Shown piece after piece: positions 1 through 11,920 of a stretch of 64,000 nt of DNA. Numbering within the stretch: position 1 is the stretch's first letter; every line of letters starts with the position of its first letter. The stretch is from Octopus bimaculoides (taxonomy: Eukaryota): the NCBI RefSeq assembly GCF_001194135.2, contig NC_068987.1:26502166-26566165 (forward strand), given 5' to 3'. The notes under the pieces were generated by a model. That model saw nothing but the letters and a program-made list of their open reading frames with translations. It had not been told where the DNA came from and ran no database searches. The position numbers were made by a program, and so were the translations under genes.

Positions 1-357
1 TCTTAATATTCTTTATATGAGAAATTAGTTTGTATTGAGAATTACTGGTGTACTTTCAAAAATTCAGTCCTGGCATCATATCCAAGAGGTCGGATTCAGA
101 TAGCTCTACGGTCTTAATTCTTAGGGTAGTTGCGTACCTTTGCGCCGTGAGCATATATTCGATAATAAGACACATACTCCATTATATGTATCATAATAGT
201 CTCAACGAGATATTGAAAATACTCAGTAAAAGTTTTAGAGAATGTTGACCTTTTGAAGCTGTGACGCAAGTTTATGTTGTGAGAAATATAAGGGGAAAGA
301 TAAACGCTATGATGCATAATATAAAGGAAATATACGTGCTCGTACCTTGTAGCAAAG

Positions 358-395
358 AGCGATCAGTTTCGAGACCTTTATCTCTCATCAGGAGT
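358..395 (-). ncRNA. Degenerate hammerhead-ribozyme-like motif (relic)
   Basis: Minus strand reads CTGATGA-gagat-aaag-gtctc-GAAA-ctgaTC. The core boxes and a 5-bp stem II are intact, but helix III (C.A mismatch) and helix I do not pair. Confidence 0.25.
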
Positions 396-652
396 AAAAA
401 AAAAAAACATATTCAGAACATTTTGTGACCAGTAATGAAAAGTTTAGAATATAAACTGGCCGAAATGGAGACATGTTGAAAAACGAACACTTTTAGGCCT
501 AACCAAAATGAAAAGTTTTCACAGAGGGGTGGATAGCTCTCGAATTCAAATGAACTTTCTCGAAGCATACATATTCGGTAATACGTGGACGCATACATAA
601 TTGACAAGTTACACCATTATCATACTTTCTATGCACATAAACATCTATATCC

Positions 653-760
653 ATGTGTGCGTCGTGTATGTGTGCGTCGTGTATGTGTGCGTCGTGTATG
701 TGTGCGTCGTGTATGTGTGCGTCGTGTATGTGTGCGTCGTGTATGTGTGCGTGGTGTATG
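653..760. repeat. 15-bp minisatellite (ATGTGTGCGTCGTGT)n, ~7 copies, merging into a GT-rich simple repeat
   Basis: Tandem units directly visible; explains the spurious CASCM/VCVRR/HDAHI ORFs. Confidence 0.95.
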
Positions 761-2244
761 TGTGCGTGTGTATGTGTATGCAAGCATGTGTGTATATGCA
801 TGGATGTGTGTATGTCTAGGATGATTCAAGAGTTACATTAACATTAATATTTCTTGCATTGAACAATAAGTAAGATAGTTGGAAATAATAGGAATTGGCT
901 CAACCTCACCAGGTAAACTCAGTGTCATGCAATCAATATGTTAACACCGAATTACGTATGAATCTGTCTTTGTTGCGACCGTTAAAAGACTTTGCTCCAG
1001 TCTGTGGTTTTTATTGTGTAATACGTTAACAAAGTTACGTCTTTCCAGTATGGTGGTGTGTTAATTTCGTTATTCGCTGTTTATTCATAATGAAAGCAAG
1101 AATCATAGAAACAGAAACAACACTGTGTAGCTTACTTGAAAGTACAATCTAGGTAACGTACCATCATAAAGAATCGTTTACTCACTCATTTGGCCAGTGA
1201 ATGAAATATTATCAAATATTAAGCGCAATAAATTTCCTAATTCGTCTTTATCATTGCTCACTTTGTGAATAATACGATGCCATGTTATGTTTGATGTTTG
1301 TCTATCAATTTAAGAGTGCTTAATTGCAGCTTTGCAGATGAATAGTGAAATTAAAAGAACACTTATACGAAACTTTCAAGACTATGGAATTATCGAAACA
1401 AACACCTAGATCTCGTTAATGTGACAATGATAATAATGATAATAAACAATATTCTTGAAGACGGTGACGTGAGTGAAATAGGAAATCGGGCCAAATTGAG
1501 TTGTCTTACATTATTTAGTATTCGTGACAAAGTTTCAGTTCTCTACCCACTGGGGTTTACCTTGCTTTTAATCCATCTGTAGACGGTAAAATAAGTACGA
1601 AGAATATATCGAAATAGACTAAATTAGCTTTATCCTTTCATGAGAATTAGTAACCTTGTGCCAGAGACAAAAATCAATATTCACTGTTCTACATAACCAA
1701 AGTGTTACACTGGCCTAACTCAAACTTCAATTATTTAATATGCAGAATCGAATAGTTATTTTTACTGATTTCAAAAAATCTTTGTTAGTTTCCATTATTT
1801 TGTATGCAATACTTCATTTCTTATTCAGCTTTACATTCATTATATAAATTAATAGATTTTCATTTCAAACTGCATAACAAATAAGTTTTTCGTTTTAATT
1901 TCAAAAAAATTATGAAACGCAATTGATTACATTGAATATTTATATATGATATTTTATTCACCGCAAATAATAAGATGCAATACTTGTATCCGCTATCTTT
2001 TTGAGATTCCATTAGTCGTTGCGTGATTTCTTAGCAGCTTATTTTAATTAGCGTTAGTACTTTATTATTAAACAGGTTGATGAGTTAGTAGAGACGGTGG
2101 GACATTAGATAAATAATATTTTTGCTTCTTCTTGATTAAGTACAAGACAGCAACTTTTTAGTGGATAGAAAATCCCAGTGTTATGTTATTCACACCATTC
2201 TCCTGTGTATTGCATAGAAAGTGATATTAACTCATATTCTTTTA

Positions 2245-2590
2245 TACTTTTATTTATTGCAGTCATTGGACTGCAGCCAAGCTGGGGCACCATTTAAAAA
2301 GATTTTGGCGTTCAAATCGACCCCAGTACTTATTTTAAGGTTTGGTACTGAGTTTTGTATTTGATATAACACAGGTTGTCAAACGACTGGGCGGGGGGAC
2401 AAACAAAAACACGGTTACACGCCCACATACATTTACACATACACACATATGTATATATATGCGTATGTGTGCACCTATGGCGGTCTTCCATACAGTTTCC
2501 ATTTACCGCTGTGCGGCACCTTAGTGATGCTGCACAAACAAGCTAACCACGAAACCGTCTGGCTGCAAAGCAACCTATTTCACTACATAA
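2245..2590 (-). mobile_element. tRNA-derived SINE family A, degenerate copy
   Basis: Contains cagtcattggactgcagcc, aaatcgaccccagtacttatt, gttgtcaa..ggggggacaaac and cagtttcc motifs shared with the better copies at 23249 and 34723. Confidence 0.65.
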
Positions 2591-2639
2591 CCTGATGTAA
2601 AAATGAAACTGAAATCACTTTTCCGACTTGAATTACTAA

Positions 2640-2835
2640 ATGTTCTGTGTAGTTTTCGCTCAAATACGAAAAATAGCAGTCAAATATCCTTCAATCCACT
2701 CCTTAGTGTTTTTCGAAAAGTGTTACGAATGCATTAAGGATGTAAGATCTACATATACAGTGTCTATATAAGAAGGTATAGTCACGGCTGGAATGTCTTA
2801 ATCATAGGTCTTTAAGTCGAAGGCAGACAGAAGGT
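2640..2835 (+). mobile_element. Short interspersed repeat family D
   Basis: aaatagcagtcaaatatcc...gtcacggctggaatgtcttaatcataggtct, shared with copies at 39990 and 41155. Confidence 0.6.
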
Positions 2836-2987
2836 TAGACAAGTGGTAGTTTACCTTATGCTGTGGTATTCATCATAATATCATTTAATTTCTTTTGATT
2901 CTGCGTTGACTTCAAACTACCTGTTTCTTAAAAAAAACAATCTCTTTAATTCAACGAGAAGATGAGGAACTGATACTACTGTTAGAT

Positions 2988-3370
2988 CAGTGGTACCCAA
3001 GATGATAAACTTCCAGTGGGTGCGTTAAGAATCACGAAAGAGTTGTTTAACATTACAGGATCTCTGGAAGACTACTTGGTCATGCTATGAATTTATTATT
3101 GTCATTTCCGTTTCCAGATGCCTAATAGTTGAAAGTTGACAGTCATGGTAGATAATCAATGCGTTCAGGCGTGAACTTGTAAACTTGAACACTGAATTTG
3201 ATGGTCATTCTGAATGGAACAATTTGATTCTTAAAATTGATTTTCTCGCAACGCAAAACTCATTATCGTCACAAATACCAGAAAGTTTTGTTGGGCATAT
3301 CTTTTCGAAGTGAAATACAATAGCAGCCTGAACATCAACAGAGAAATTGCAATTAATAAAACATGTATCA
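2988..3370 (+). mobile_element. Possible very decayed hAT (Charlie-like) remnant
   Basis: Starts with a hAT-like terminus CAGTGGTACCCAA. Downstream translation AYLFEVKYNSSLNINREIAIN loosely resembles the hAT dimerisation-domain end (YLCE...KYR.RLN.E.E). Confidence 0.3.
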
Positions 3371-5874
3371 TATTTTAAGGACATGTACTTTTACATAGCA
3401 TCTTAATGTATTCAAACCAATTTATGCCTCGCAAAACCACAAATATAAATTAATTATTCTTTCAGATAATTTTCATTAATTTTCTTTACATTTATTGTAA
3501 TTTCAAGTGGATTATTTATATGTCAAACTTACCGGACATTTTCTGTAATTTATATGGAAAGTTTTATGCATGATAATATTTTGATTTAATGTCCTTTTTA
3601 TTCTCTTTTGTTTTTTTTTAATTTTCGATGTTTCCTATGTACCAACGAGTAAAAAATGTGAAAACGATTCTAATAGCGCAACAGATCTAGCAGTTTTACA
3701 TTCACCCTTGTTCTAATTTGCTTGTTATTTCATTGCAGTAGATAATGAAGCAAAGTTAATATTCTGTTTTCTACATGACATTCAGCCACATACATAGGGA
3801 AAATATACAGAAGTATTGAGTATCTCCTTAACAATGGATAAATACCTTTTCCTGATGCGAGATAAAACGTTAAATAGTGAAGAAGAGTGATTTTAAATAT
3901 GAGGCCATTCGTTTATCAATTTCGCATGTACTGTTGGTAAAACAGATCTATTAAGAACAGGCGTCCGTGTATAATTTTAAACGTTAAATTGGACCCATGT
4001 ACTTGCATGGCACACTTTTCAATCATAATCTCAGATTGAATAAAGATTTGTAAATGAAATTTGGTAGAGAAACTCTGTGGAAGTTCATCAAAATAACCGC
4101 TACTCTCTTCGTGTGGATGGATAAATTCCAGTCCGATTTAATAACGCTACCTAGCCTTCGGAAGCTTTTAGCATAGATTACTCTATTAGTAGTAACCCCA
4201 CCATCCAGAAGATAACTTTATTTATCCCTTTACAATTCTCGAGGTCTCTCATGTATGCTGTATTCCTTCGTCTGAGATAATTAACCTAGAGTACGTGCGT
4301 ATCTTATTAGATTCAAGTCAATCACTCTCGAGAAAGCCGATGGCAGTGAATAGCTTTAAGTATGTAATGATTAAAGAATGCTATAAAGCAAATACTATAA
4401 TACTATGATATTAGAGTGTAGTTTGGGCTTGAAGTTGCGAAAAATGTCTAATGTGTAAGGGGAGTCCGTTGTTCAAAATGATACCTTAGTGAACACTCAG
4501 ATCTATAATTCTGCTTTGCAGACCACGGTACAGAAATTAAAACTCAGGTGTTACTAATGTCAAATACATCAGTCTTCTTCTGTGTCCTAGCGAAAGAAAT
4601 CAGTGATATTGAAACTGTAAAAGGAAAGTATTAGTATTATTGGAACAATATTGAGAATTTCCAGAGGATTTCAGCCTGTAGAAGACTAACTAGGACATAC
4701 TTACAAGTTACTCAGTGTAATATCAAGACGGATGAATTGAGATACAATAAGAATAGTAAGAAATGAAGAGCGAAGTGCATCTTGTTACGGTTGAAGAATC
4801 AGACAGAAAAAAACTAGTATGTCCTTGTGTTAAACATCGTAGTTTGACGGTAAGTTAGGTCTATATCATTGAGCAAAATGACTATCAGTGGTATTCAATG
4901 TAAGATACTAGTGGGTGTTGCAGCTGTACTGAGCTAAATATATATATATATATATATACAAATATTATTTTAATGCTTGAGAATTGTAACTCTTTGTGTA
5001 TCACATGTGATATGTATATATANNNNNNNNNNNNNNNNNNNNNNNNNNNNNNNNNNNNNNNNNNNNNNNNNNNNNNNNNNNNNNNNNNNNNNNNNNNNNN
5101 NNNNNNNNNNNNNNNNNNNNNNNNNNNNNNNNNNNNNNNNNNNNNNNNNNNNNNNNNNNNNNNNNNNNNNNNNNNNNNNNNNNNNNNNNNNNNNNNNNNN
5201 NNNNNNNNNNNNNNNNNNNNNNNNNNNNNNNNNNNNNNNNNNNNNNNNNNNNNNNNNNNNNNNNNNNNNNNNNNNNNNNNNNNNNNNNNNNNNNNNNNNN
5301 NNNNNNNNNNNNNNNNNNNNNNNNNNNNNNNNNNNNNNNNNNNNNNNNNNNNNNNNNNNNNNNNNNNNNNNNNNNNNNNNNNNNNNNNNNNNNNNNNNNN
5401 NNNNNNNNNNNNNNNNNNNNNNNNNNNNNNNNNNNNNNNNNNNNNNNNNNNNNNNNNNNNNNNNNNNNNNNNNNNNNNNNNNNNNNNNNNNNNNNNNNNN
5501 NNNNNNNNNNNNNNNNNNNNNNNNNNNNNNNNNNNNNNNNNNNNNNNNNNNNNNNNNNNNNNNNNNNNNNNNNNNNNNNNNNNNNNNNNNNNNNNNNNNN
5601 NNNNNNNNNNNNNNNNNNNNNNNNNNNNNNNNNNNNNNNNNNNNNNNNNNNNNNNNNNNNNNNNNNNNNNNNNNNNNNNNNNNNNNNNNNNNNNNNNNNN
5701 NNNNNNNNNNNNNNNNNNNNNNNNNNNNNNNNNNNNNNNNNNNNNNNNNNNNNNNNNNNNNNNNNNNNNNNNNNNNNNNNNNNNNNNNNNNNNNNNNNNN
5801 NNNNNTAAACAAAATAATATATTCCTCTATACACAGTCATACAAAAAAACATCTTTTTTGTATTTATTTTTACT

Positions 5875-5953
<79 letters not shown>

Positions 5954-6604
5954 TTCCCTGGCACTTATACGTCATTTATTTTACACATACCCAATTTTTA
6001 ACCACAGTAACTTTAGACTTTTGAGAGGAAAGCTTCATATTATTCAGACCATATCGAACAAGGACTTGATAAAATTCTAAGAATAAGTATGGGGGTTTAC
6101 GACGAACCCTTGTAAATGCTTTGGTCAAGCAAATGGTTGAACAGTAACCAGCAACACAAGTTGCTGACACTGACATTTCATCAGTTCTTCTAAAGATTTA
6201 ATCTTCTAACGATTATTCATCAACGTCATTAACGATGACGAATATGGTATAAAGGACAAAATAAGATAGATTCTACGCGGTTGCTTGACTTGTTAGAGAT
6301 AGCAACAAATATCTGCCGAACTGCTTATTAAAAGGAAACATTAGAATGTAATGTAATTCGTGGTACACTAATACTAAAAAGAGGAAAAATAAAATGAGTT
6401 AGTTTAATGACCTTGGTTATTGGTTTGATCAATTAGGTCCGGTCGAAGATCAAATAACAGCAAAAAGAGCAGGAAGAACAGAAGGAGGAAGAAGGGGAGA
6501 AGAAGGATAAAAGAAGAGGAAGGGGAGAAAAGGAAACGAGAAGAAAAATGAGGAAAGAAGAGAAAGAAGAAAAGCTAGAAGATACAGAAGAGGAGAAGGA
6601 ATAA

Positions 6605-6670
<66 letters not shown>
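6605..6670. repeat. (AAT)n microsatellite
   Basis: Directly visible; contiguous with the 3' end of the adjacent minus-strand SINE B. Confidence 0.95.
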
Positions 6671-6671
<1 letters not shown>

Positions 6672-6883
6672 GTTTCAAACTTTTCCACAAGGACCGCAAT
6701 TTTGGGGGAGGGTATGATTCGATTCCATCGACCCCAGTGTTCAACTGATACTCATTTTATCGACCCCGAAATGATGAAAGGTAAAGTTGACCTTGGCGGA
6801 ATTGGAACTCAGAACGTAGCGACCGGCGAAATACCGACTAAGCATTTCGTTCAGCTCGCTAACGATTCTGTCAGCTCGCTGCC
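6671..6883 (-). mobile_element. tRNA-derived SINE family B, near full length
   Basis: Sense strand starts ggcagcgagctgacagaatcgttagc (A-box-like), contains gttctgagttccaattccgcc (B-box-like), then ctttcatcatttcggggtcgataa...; ends aaacc(att)n. Many related copies occur in the window. Confidence 0.85.
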
Positions 6884-6889
6884 TTTATA

Positions 6890-6907
6890 TTAATAATAAT
6901 AATGATC

Positions 6908-7001
<94 letters not shown>

Positions 7002-7002
7002 T
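6890..7002. repeat. (AAT)n microsatellite, 5' flank of the Dong-type element
   Basis: Directly visible. Confidence 0.95.
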
Positions 7003-7003
7003 A

Positions 7004-8035
7004 CCAAAAAGTGACACAGACAGACTGTATGTACCAAGAAAAAGAGGGTGAGGAAGACTGATTGGAGGCAAACACAGCATTACGGCAGAAGAAAACAACA
7101 TAGCATGGTATGTAAAAAATGCCACAGAACCGCCGCTATAATTATAGGTAAGAAGGTCAGGCTTGTGTAGGATGGAAGATTGCAAAGATAAAGCACTGTG
7201 CAAGAAATTGAAAACGAATTAAACTGAAAATAGGTGGTTAAAGAAAAGAATTCATGGTCAATTTCATAGGGATGTTGAAGATAAGACAGGCAGAGAAAAA
7301 AGATAGCTGTGGATGACTAAAAGTGATTTAAAACTGGAAACGGAGGCTTTAATCTGAGCTGCCCAAGAGCGAGCACTAAGAACAGACTACATAAAATACA
7401 GAATAGATAACACATCAGAAAGTGATAAGTGCAGAATCTGTGGACAAAATGGTGAAACCATGTGGCATATTACCAGCCAATGTACACCACTAGCCCAGAA
7501 TGAATATAAGAGACGCCACGACAATACAGCCAGGCTAGTCCATTTACAACAAGTATGCACTGAACAGAGAAAAAATTGGTACGACTACAAACCTGAAGGC
7601 ATCGTCGAAAATAGAAATGCAAAGATCCTTTGGGATTTTATGATTCAGTGCGAACGTGAGATAGAAGCCAGACATTATCTTAATTGAGAAAGAAAACAAA
7701 CTATGCTGGACCATAGATATAACATGCCCAGCTGACAACAAGATATGTGATAAGGAAGAAAGAAAAGTCGAGTGATATGACAGGTTAGCTTGGGAAGTTA
7801 AGGAGTTGTGGTCGATGAAAAAGGTAACACTGGGAACAATGAGCAAAAATCTCAAGAAGTACGTGGAACAAATAGGGGCTGCAATAAGGGAGGAGCACTT
7901 GCAGTAAACAACACTGCTTGGAACCGCTCGAATACTCCGGAAGGTGCTCGAAAAAGAAGAGGTGTTACCTTAGTTCACTGGTAGTGAACAGCTGACACTG
8001 TAATACATCTCCAGCGTTAGGAGCTGTGCAAAGGC
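7004..8035 (+). mobile_element. R4/Dong-clade non-LTR retrotransposon, 5'-truncated 3' end (post-RT region, CCHC knuckle, REL endonuclease, 3' UTR); disrupted
   Basis: Manual translation gives PKSDTDRLYVPRKRG, RIHGQFHR, KSDLKLETEALI*AAQERALRT, CRICGQNGETMWHITSQCTPLAQNEYKRRHD, ILWDFMIQC, IDITCPAD and LLGTARILRKVL. Several stops and frameshifts; (AAT)n on both sides. Confidence 0.9.
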
Positions 8036-8134
<99 letters not shown>

Positions 8135-8168
8135 AAGAAGAAGAAGAAGAAGAAGAAGAAGAAGAAGA
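8036..8168. repeat. Compound (AAT)n-(AAG)n microsatellite
   Basis: Directly visible; switches from AAT to AAG at about 8105. Confidence 0.95.
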
Positions 8169-8364
8169 CATATAGAATAATAATCGTAAACATGTTGAGA
8201 CATTTAAGAGCTACTCAATATATTTCTTGATGAAATTATCTCATACTTAAAACATTTGAAAGTCACTTTGTAGTTTTTTCCCCGGTGGAAAGATTTATCT
8301 CCCTTGAATTATTATCACGTAACTATGGCTTACCATATCAGAAAAATGCTGATTGAAATATATA

Positions 8365-8547
8365 GGCACAGGCGTGGTTGTGTGACAAGAAGTTTGCTTC
8401 CCATTCACATAGTTCCGGGCCTCATCTGACTGTGTATCACTTCGGTCAAGTGTATTCTGCTATAGCTCCTGGCAGACCATTGAGTACTGAATCGATTTGG
8501 TTGACAGAAACTGAAAGAAGCCGTCGTTTATCTATCTATCTATCTAC

Positions 8548-8635
<88 letters not shown>

Positions 8636-8670
8636 GTGTGTCTGTGTGTGTGTGTGTGTGTGTGTGTTCA
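8365..8670 (+). mobile_element. SINE family A head/body followed by an expanded TATC/TGTC/TG array
   Basis: ggcgtggttgtgtg..agtttgcttccc..gttccggg..caagtgtattctgctatagc..gatttggttgacagaaactgaaagaagccgtcgt, then microsatellite. Confidence 0.75.
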
Positions 8671-9803
8671 CCCCTGTGTGTGCGTGTATACTTGTGCTTG
8701 TTGCTGTTGGTTTGTCTGTATATATATTTACGAAATGGAGTAGATAAGATCCGGGCTACTACATTTGATAGCGTGTGGGACCCCAGAAGTGGTAAATATC
8801 CTAGCGAGGCGTATAACGCACGCTACACTTCAGACCGAAGATATCTTGATTAAATGAAAATTTACATTGCTGCAAGGAAGTACATGTTAACGCATGGAAG
8901 ATTCAATGAGTATGTGTAGAAAGCATGCTATGAAGCATATGTAGCCCGGATTTTATCTACCCCATTCTGTAACTCTTGTATTCTTATTCACACACTCGGT
9001 AAGCCTGGCCGCCTACTGCGAAATATAAAACGAACTTTCTTCAATTTATCGTACTTCGATACGAAAAAAATCGACAACATTCCGTCCAAGTAAACCACTA
9101 TTGTTGTCCCTGAAAGTTGTTTAATATTTACTACGGATTGCTTCAAGCAAACTTTATTCCTACATCTCGATCTCTAGATCCTACACTTGTCTATATATAT
9201 ATGTATACAAGGAGTAAATAATTTACGAGAAAATAATTCATGAGAAAAATATTTCACGAGAAAAATAATTTGCGAAGATATCATTGACTCAATTATTATC
9301 TAGGTGTAAAAATTTAAAAATGATAATAACAGAATGAATAATATCGGCGATTGCAGGCCCCCAAAAAAGCATTAAATAACAGAAGGATTAAAATGAATCA
9401 AAGGACATACTAAGTATGTCTACCTGCTGGAAATAGCAGTCAAAACTCTTATTTAAATCGTGCCATTATTTTCAGCTGTCGTATCTCCAAATTTGAGCAA
9501 ATGTGTTTTTTTCAATATTTATTTTTGCTTGCAATAGCCGGTTCTTTTGTTCAATCTGTCGTATCTCCAGCTGCTTCAGATGCCAAGATATCAAAAATTG
9601 TCAAAGTGTAGTGCAACGGTTTTACTATGGAATGGTGGTACTATTTTTTCGCTTTCTGAAGCAGCAACGTTTTGGACTTAAGGCACTTTAGCATAATAGC
9701 AACATATACATGTGTCTATGTGTATGTGCGACAAAAAAACAGAGAGCGAGAGAGAAGGATAGAGAGAGGGAGAGAGAGGAAGAAAGAGAGGGAGAGTGAC
9801 AAT

Positions 9804-9842
<39 letters not shown>

Positions 9843-10091
9843 ATATTTCTTTTATAGGCAACATATAACTCTTAGATAAATAACAAAATGTTTTATGTGA
9901 CATTGTTTTGTAATTTCAAGCTATTAATATTTACTTTTAGTCAGAACACACATTTTCGAATAATCCTCTGGAAATTATATTTTCCAAGACGTTATGATAT
10001 ACGCATATGTTATGCGCACGTTTGCATTCATGCAGGCACATTCACATCCATAACTCTCTCACACACACACATCCCCCTATAAACATACATA

Positions 10092-10321
10092 CAGTGTTGG
10101 CCAAAAGTCACCTGACAGTAAATCAAAACCATCTAATTCCAAGATTTATTTATGTTTAACTGAATGAATTTGAGAAAAGCATCTAAATATGAAACATGAT
10201 GAAAAATTTTCAAACTGAAGTCCTTATTGAGCGTTACATTTTTCCATTCGAGTCAATACAGAATTACAGATAGTATTTATGGAATTTTGATTTACTGTTG
10301 GCTGACTTTTGGCCAACCCTT
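10092..10321. mobile_element. Tc1/mariner-type MITE (~230 bp) with ~40 bp TIRs and TA target duplication
   Basis: Left ta|cagtgttggccaaaagtcacctgacagtaaatcaaaa; right ttttgatttactgttggctgacttttggccaaccctt|ta (imperfect reverse complement). Confidence 0.85.
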
Positions 10322-10439
10322 TATATGATGCATTTTTCTATCACGTTTTCTGGCTTCCGTTTTACTACCAAGATTTCACACAAACATACATAGATTCATA
10401 TAAGCACACACAAAACACAGACATAGCCTCACATATATT

Positions 10440-10494
<55 letters not shown>

Positions 10495-10543
10495 ATATAT
10501 ATGTATGTGTGTGTGTATGTATGTATGTATGTATGTACATGCA

Positions 10544-10575
<32 letters not shown>

Positions 10576-10576
10576 C

Positions 10577-10628
<52 letters not shown>

Positions 10629-10645
10629 CTCTATCTATCTATCTA
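10440..10645. repeat. Compound (TTTC)n-(TATG)n-(TATC)n tetranucleotide array running into a gap
   Basis: Directly visible. Confidence 0.95.
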
Positions 10646-11625
10646 NNNNNNNNNNNNNNNNNNNNNNNNNNNNNNNNNNNNNNNNNNNNNNNNNNNNNNN
10701 NNNNNNNNNNNNNNNNNNNNNNNNNNNNNNNNNNNNNNNNNNNNNNNNNNNNNNNNNNNNNNNNNNNNNNNNNNNNNNNNNNNNNNNNNNNNNNNNNNNN
10801 NNNNNNNNNNNNNNNNNNNNNNNNNNNNNNNNNNNNNNNNNNNNNNNNNNNNNNNNNNNNNNNNNNNNNNNNNNNNNNNNNNNNNNNNNNNNNNNNNNNN
10901 NNNNNNNNNNNNNNNNNNNNNNNNNNNNNNNNNNNNNNNNNNNNNNNNNNNNNNNNNNNNNNNNNNNNNNNNNNNNNNNNNNNNNNNNNNNNNNNNNNNN
11001 NNNNNNNNNNNNNNNNNNNNNNNNNNNNNNNNNNNNNNNNNNNNNNNNNNNNNNNNNNNNNNNNNNNNNNNNNNNNNNNNNNNNNNNNNNNNNNNNNNNN
11101 NNNNNNNNNNNNNNNNNNNNNNNNNNNNNNNNNNNNNNNNNNNNNNNNNNNNNNNNNNNNNNNNNNNNNNNNNNNNNNNNNNNNNNNNNNNNNNNNNNNN
11201 NNNNNNNNNNNNNNNNNNNNNNNNNNNNNNNNNNNNNNNNNNNNNNNNNNNNNNNNNNNNNNNNNNNNNNNNNNNNNNNNNNNNNNNNNNNNNNNNNNNN
11301 NNNNNNNNNNNNNNNNNNNNNNNNNNNNNNNNNNNNNNNNNNNNNNNNNNNNNNNNNNNNNNNNNNNNNNNNNNNNNNNNNNNNNNNNNNNNNNNNNNNN
11401 NNNNNNNNNNNNNNNNNNNNNNNNNNNNNNNNNNNNNNNNNNNNNNNNNNNNNNNNNNNNNNNNNNNNNNNNNNNNNNNNNNNNNNNNNNNNNNNNNNNN
11501 NNNNNNNNNNNNNNNNNNNNNNNNNNNNNNNNNNNNNNNNNNNNNNNNNNNNNNNNNNNNNNNNNNNNNNNNNNNNNNNNNNNNNNNNNNNNNNNNNNNN
11601 NNNNNNNNNNNNNNNNNNNNNNNNN

Positions 11626-11666
<41 letters not shown>

Positions 11667-11833
11667 CGTGCTTATGTGTGCGTATGCATACTTAACAATA
11701 CACATGCTTATTCACAATCATGTGCACATGTGTGCGTGGGTGTGTGGAAAGAGAAAGAGAGAAACATGCATGCATATAACATTTGGTGGCGGCGTATCCT
11801 GTGCTTTATAATTCACAATGTGTGTGTCTACAT

Positions 11834-11920
11834 TCTTCTTCTTCTTCTTCTTCTTCTTCTTCTTCTTCTTCTTCTTCTTCTTCTTCTTCTTCTTCTTCTT
11901 CTTCTTCTTCTTCTTCTTCT
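11834..11920. repeat. (TTC)n microsatellite running into a gap
   Basis: Directly visible. Confidence 0.95.

Noticed and set aside
499-841. Repetitive ORFs (HDAHI, CASCM, RRVCV) or a possible CRISPR-like array
   Set aside because: A spacer-less 15-bp tandem repeat open in several frames on both strands; it is a minisatellite.
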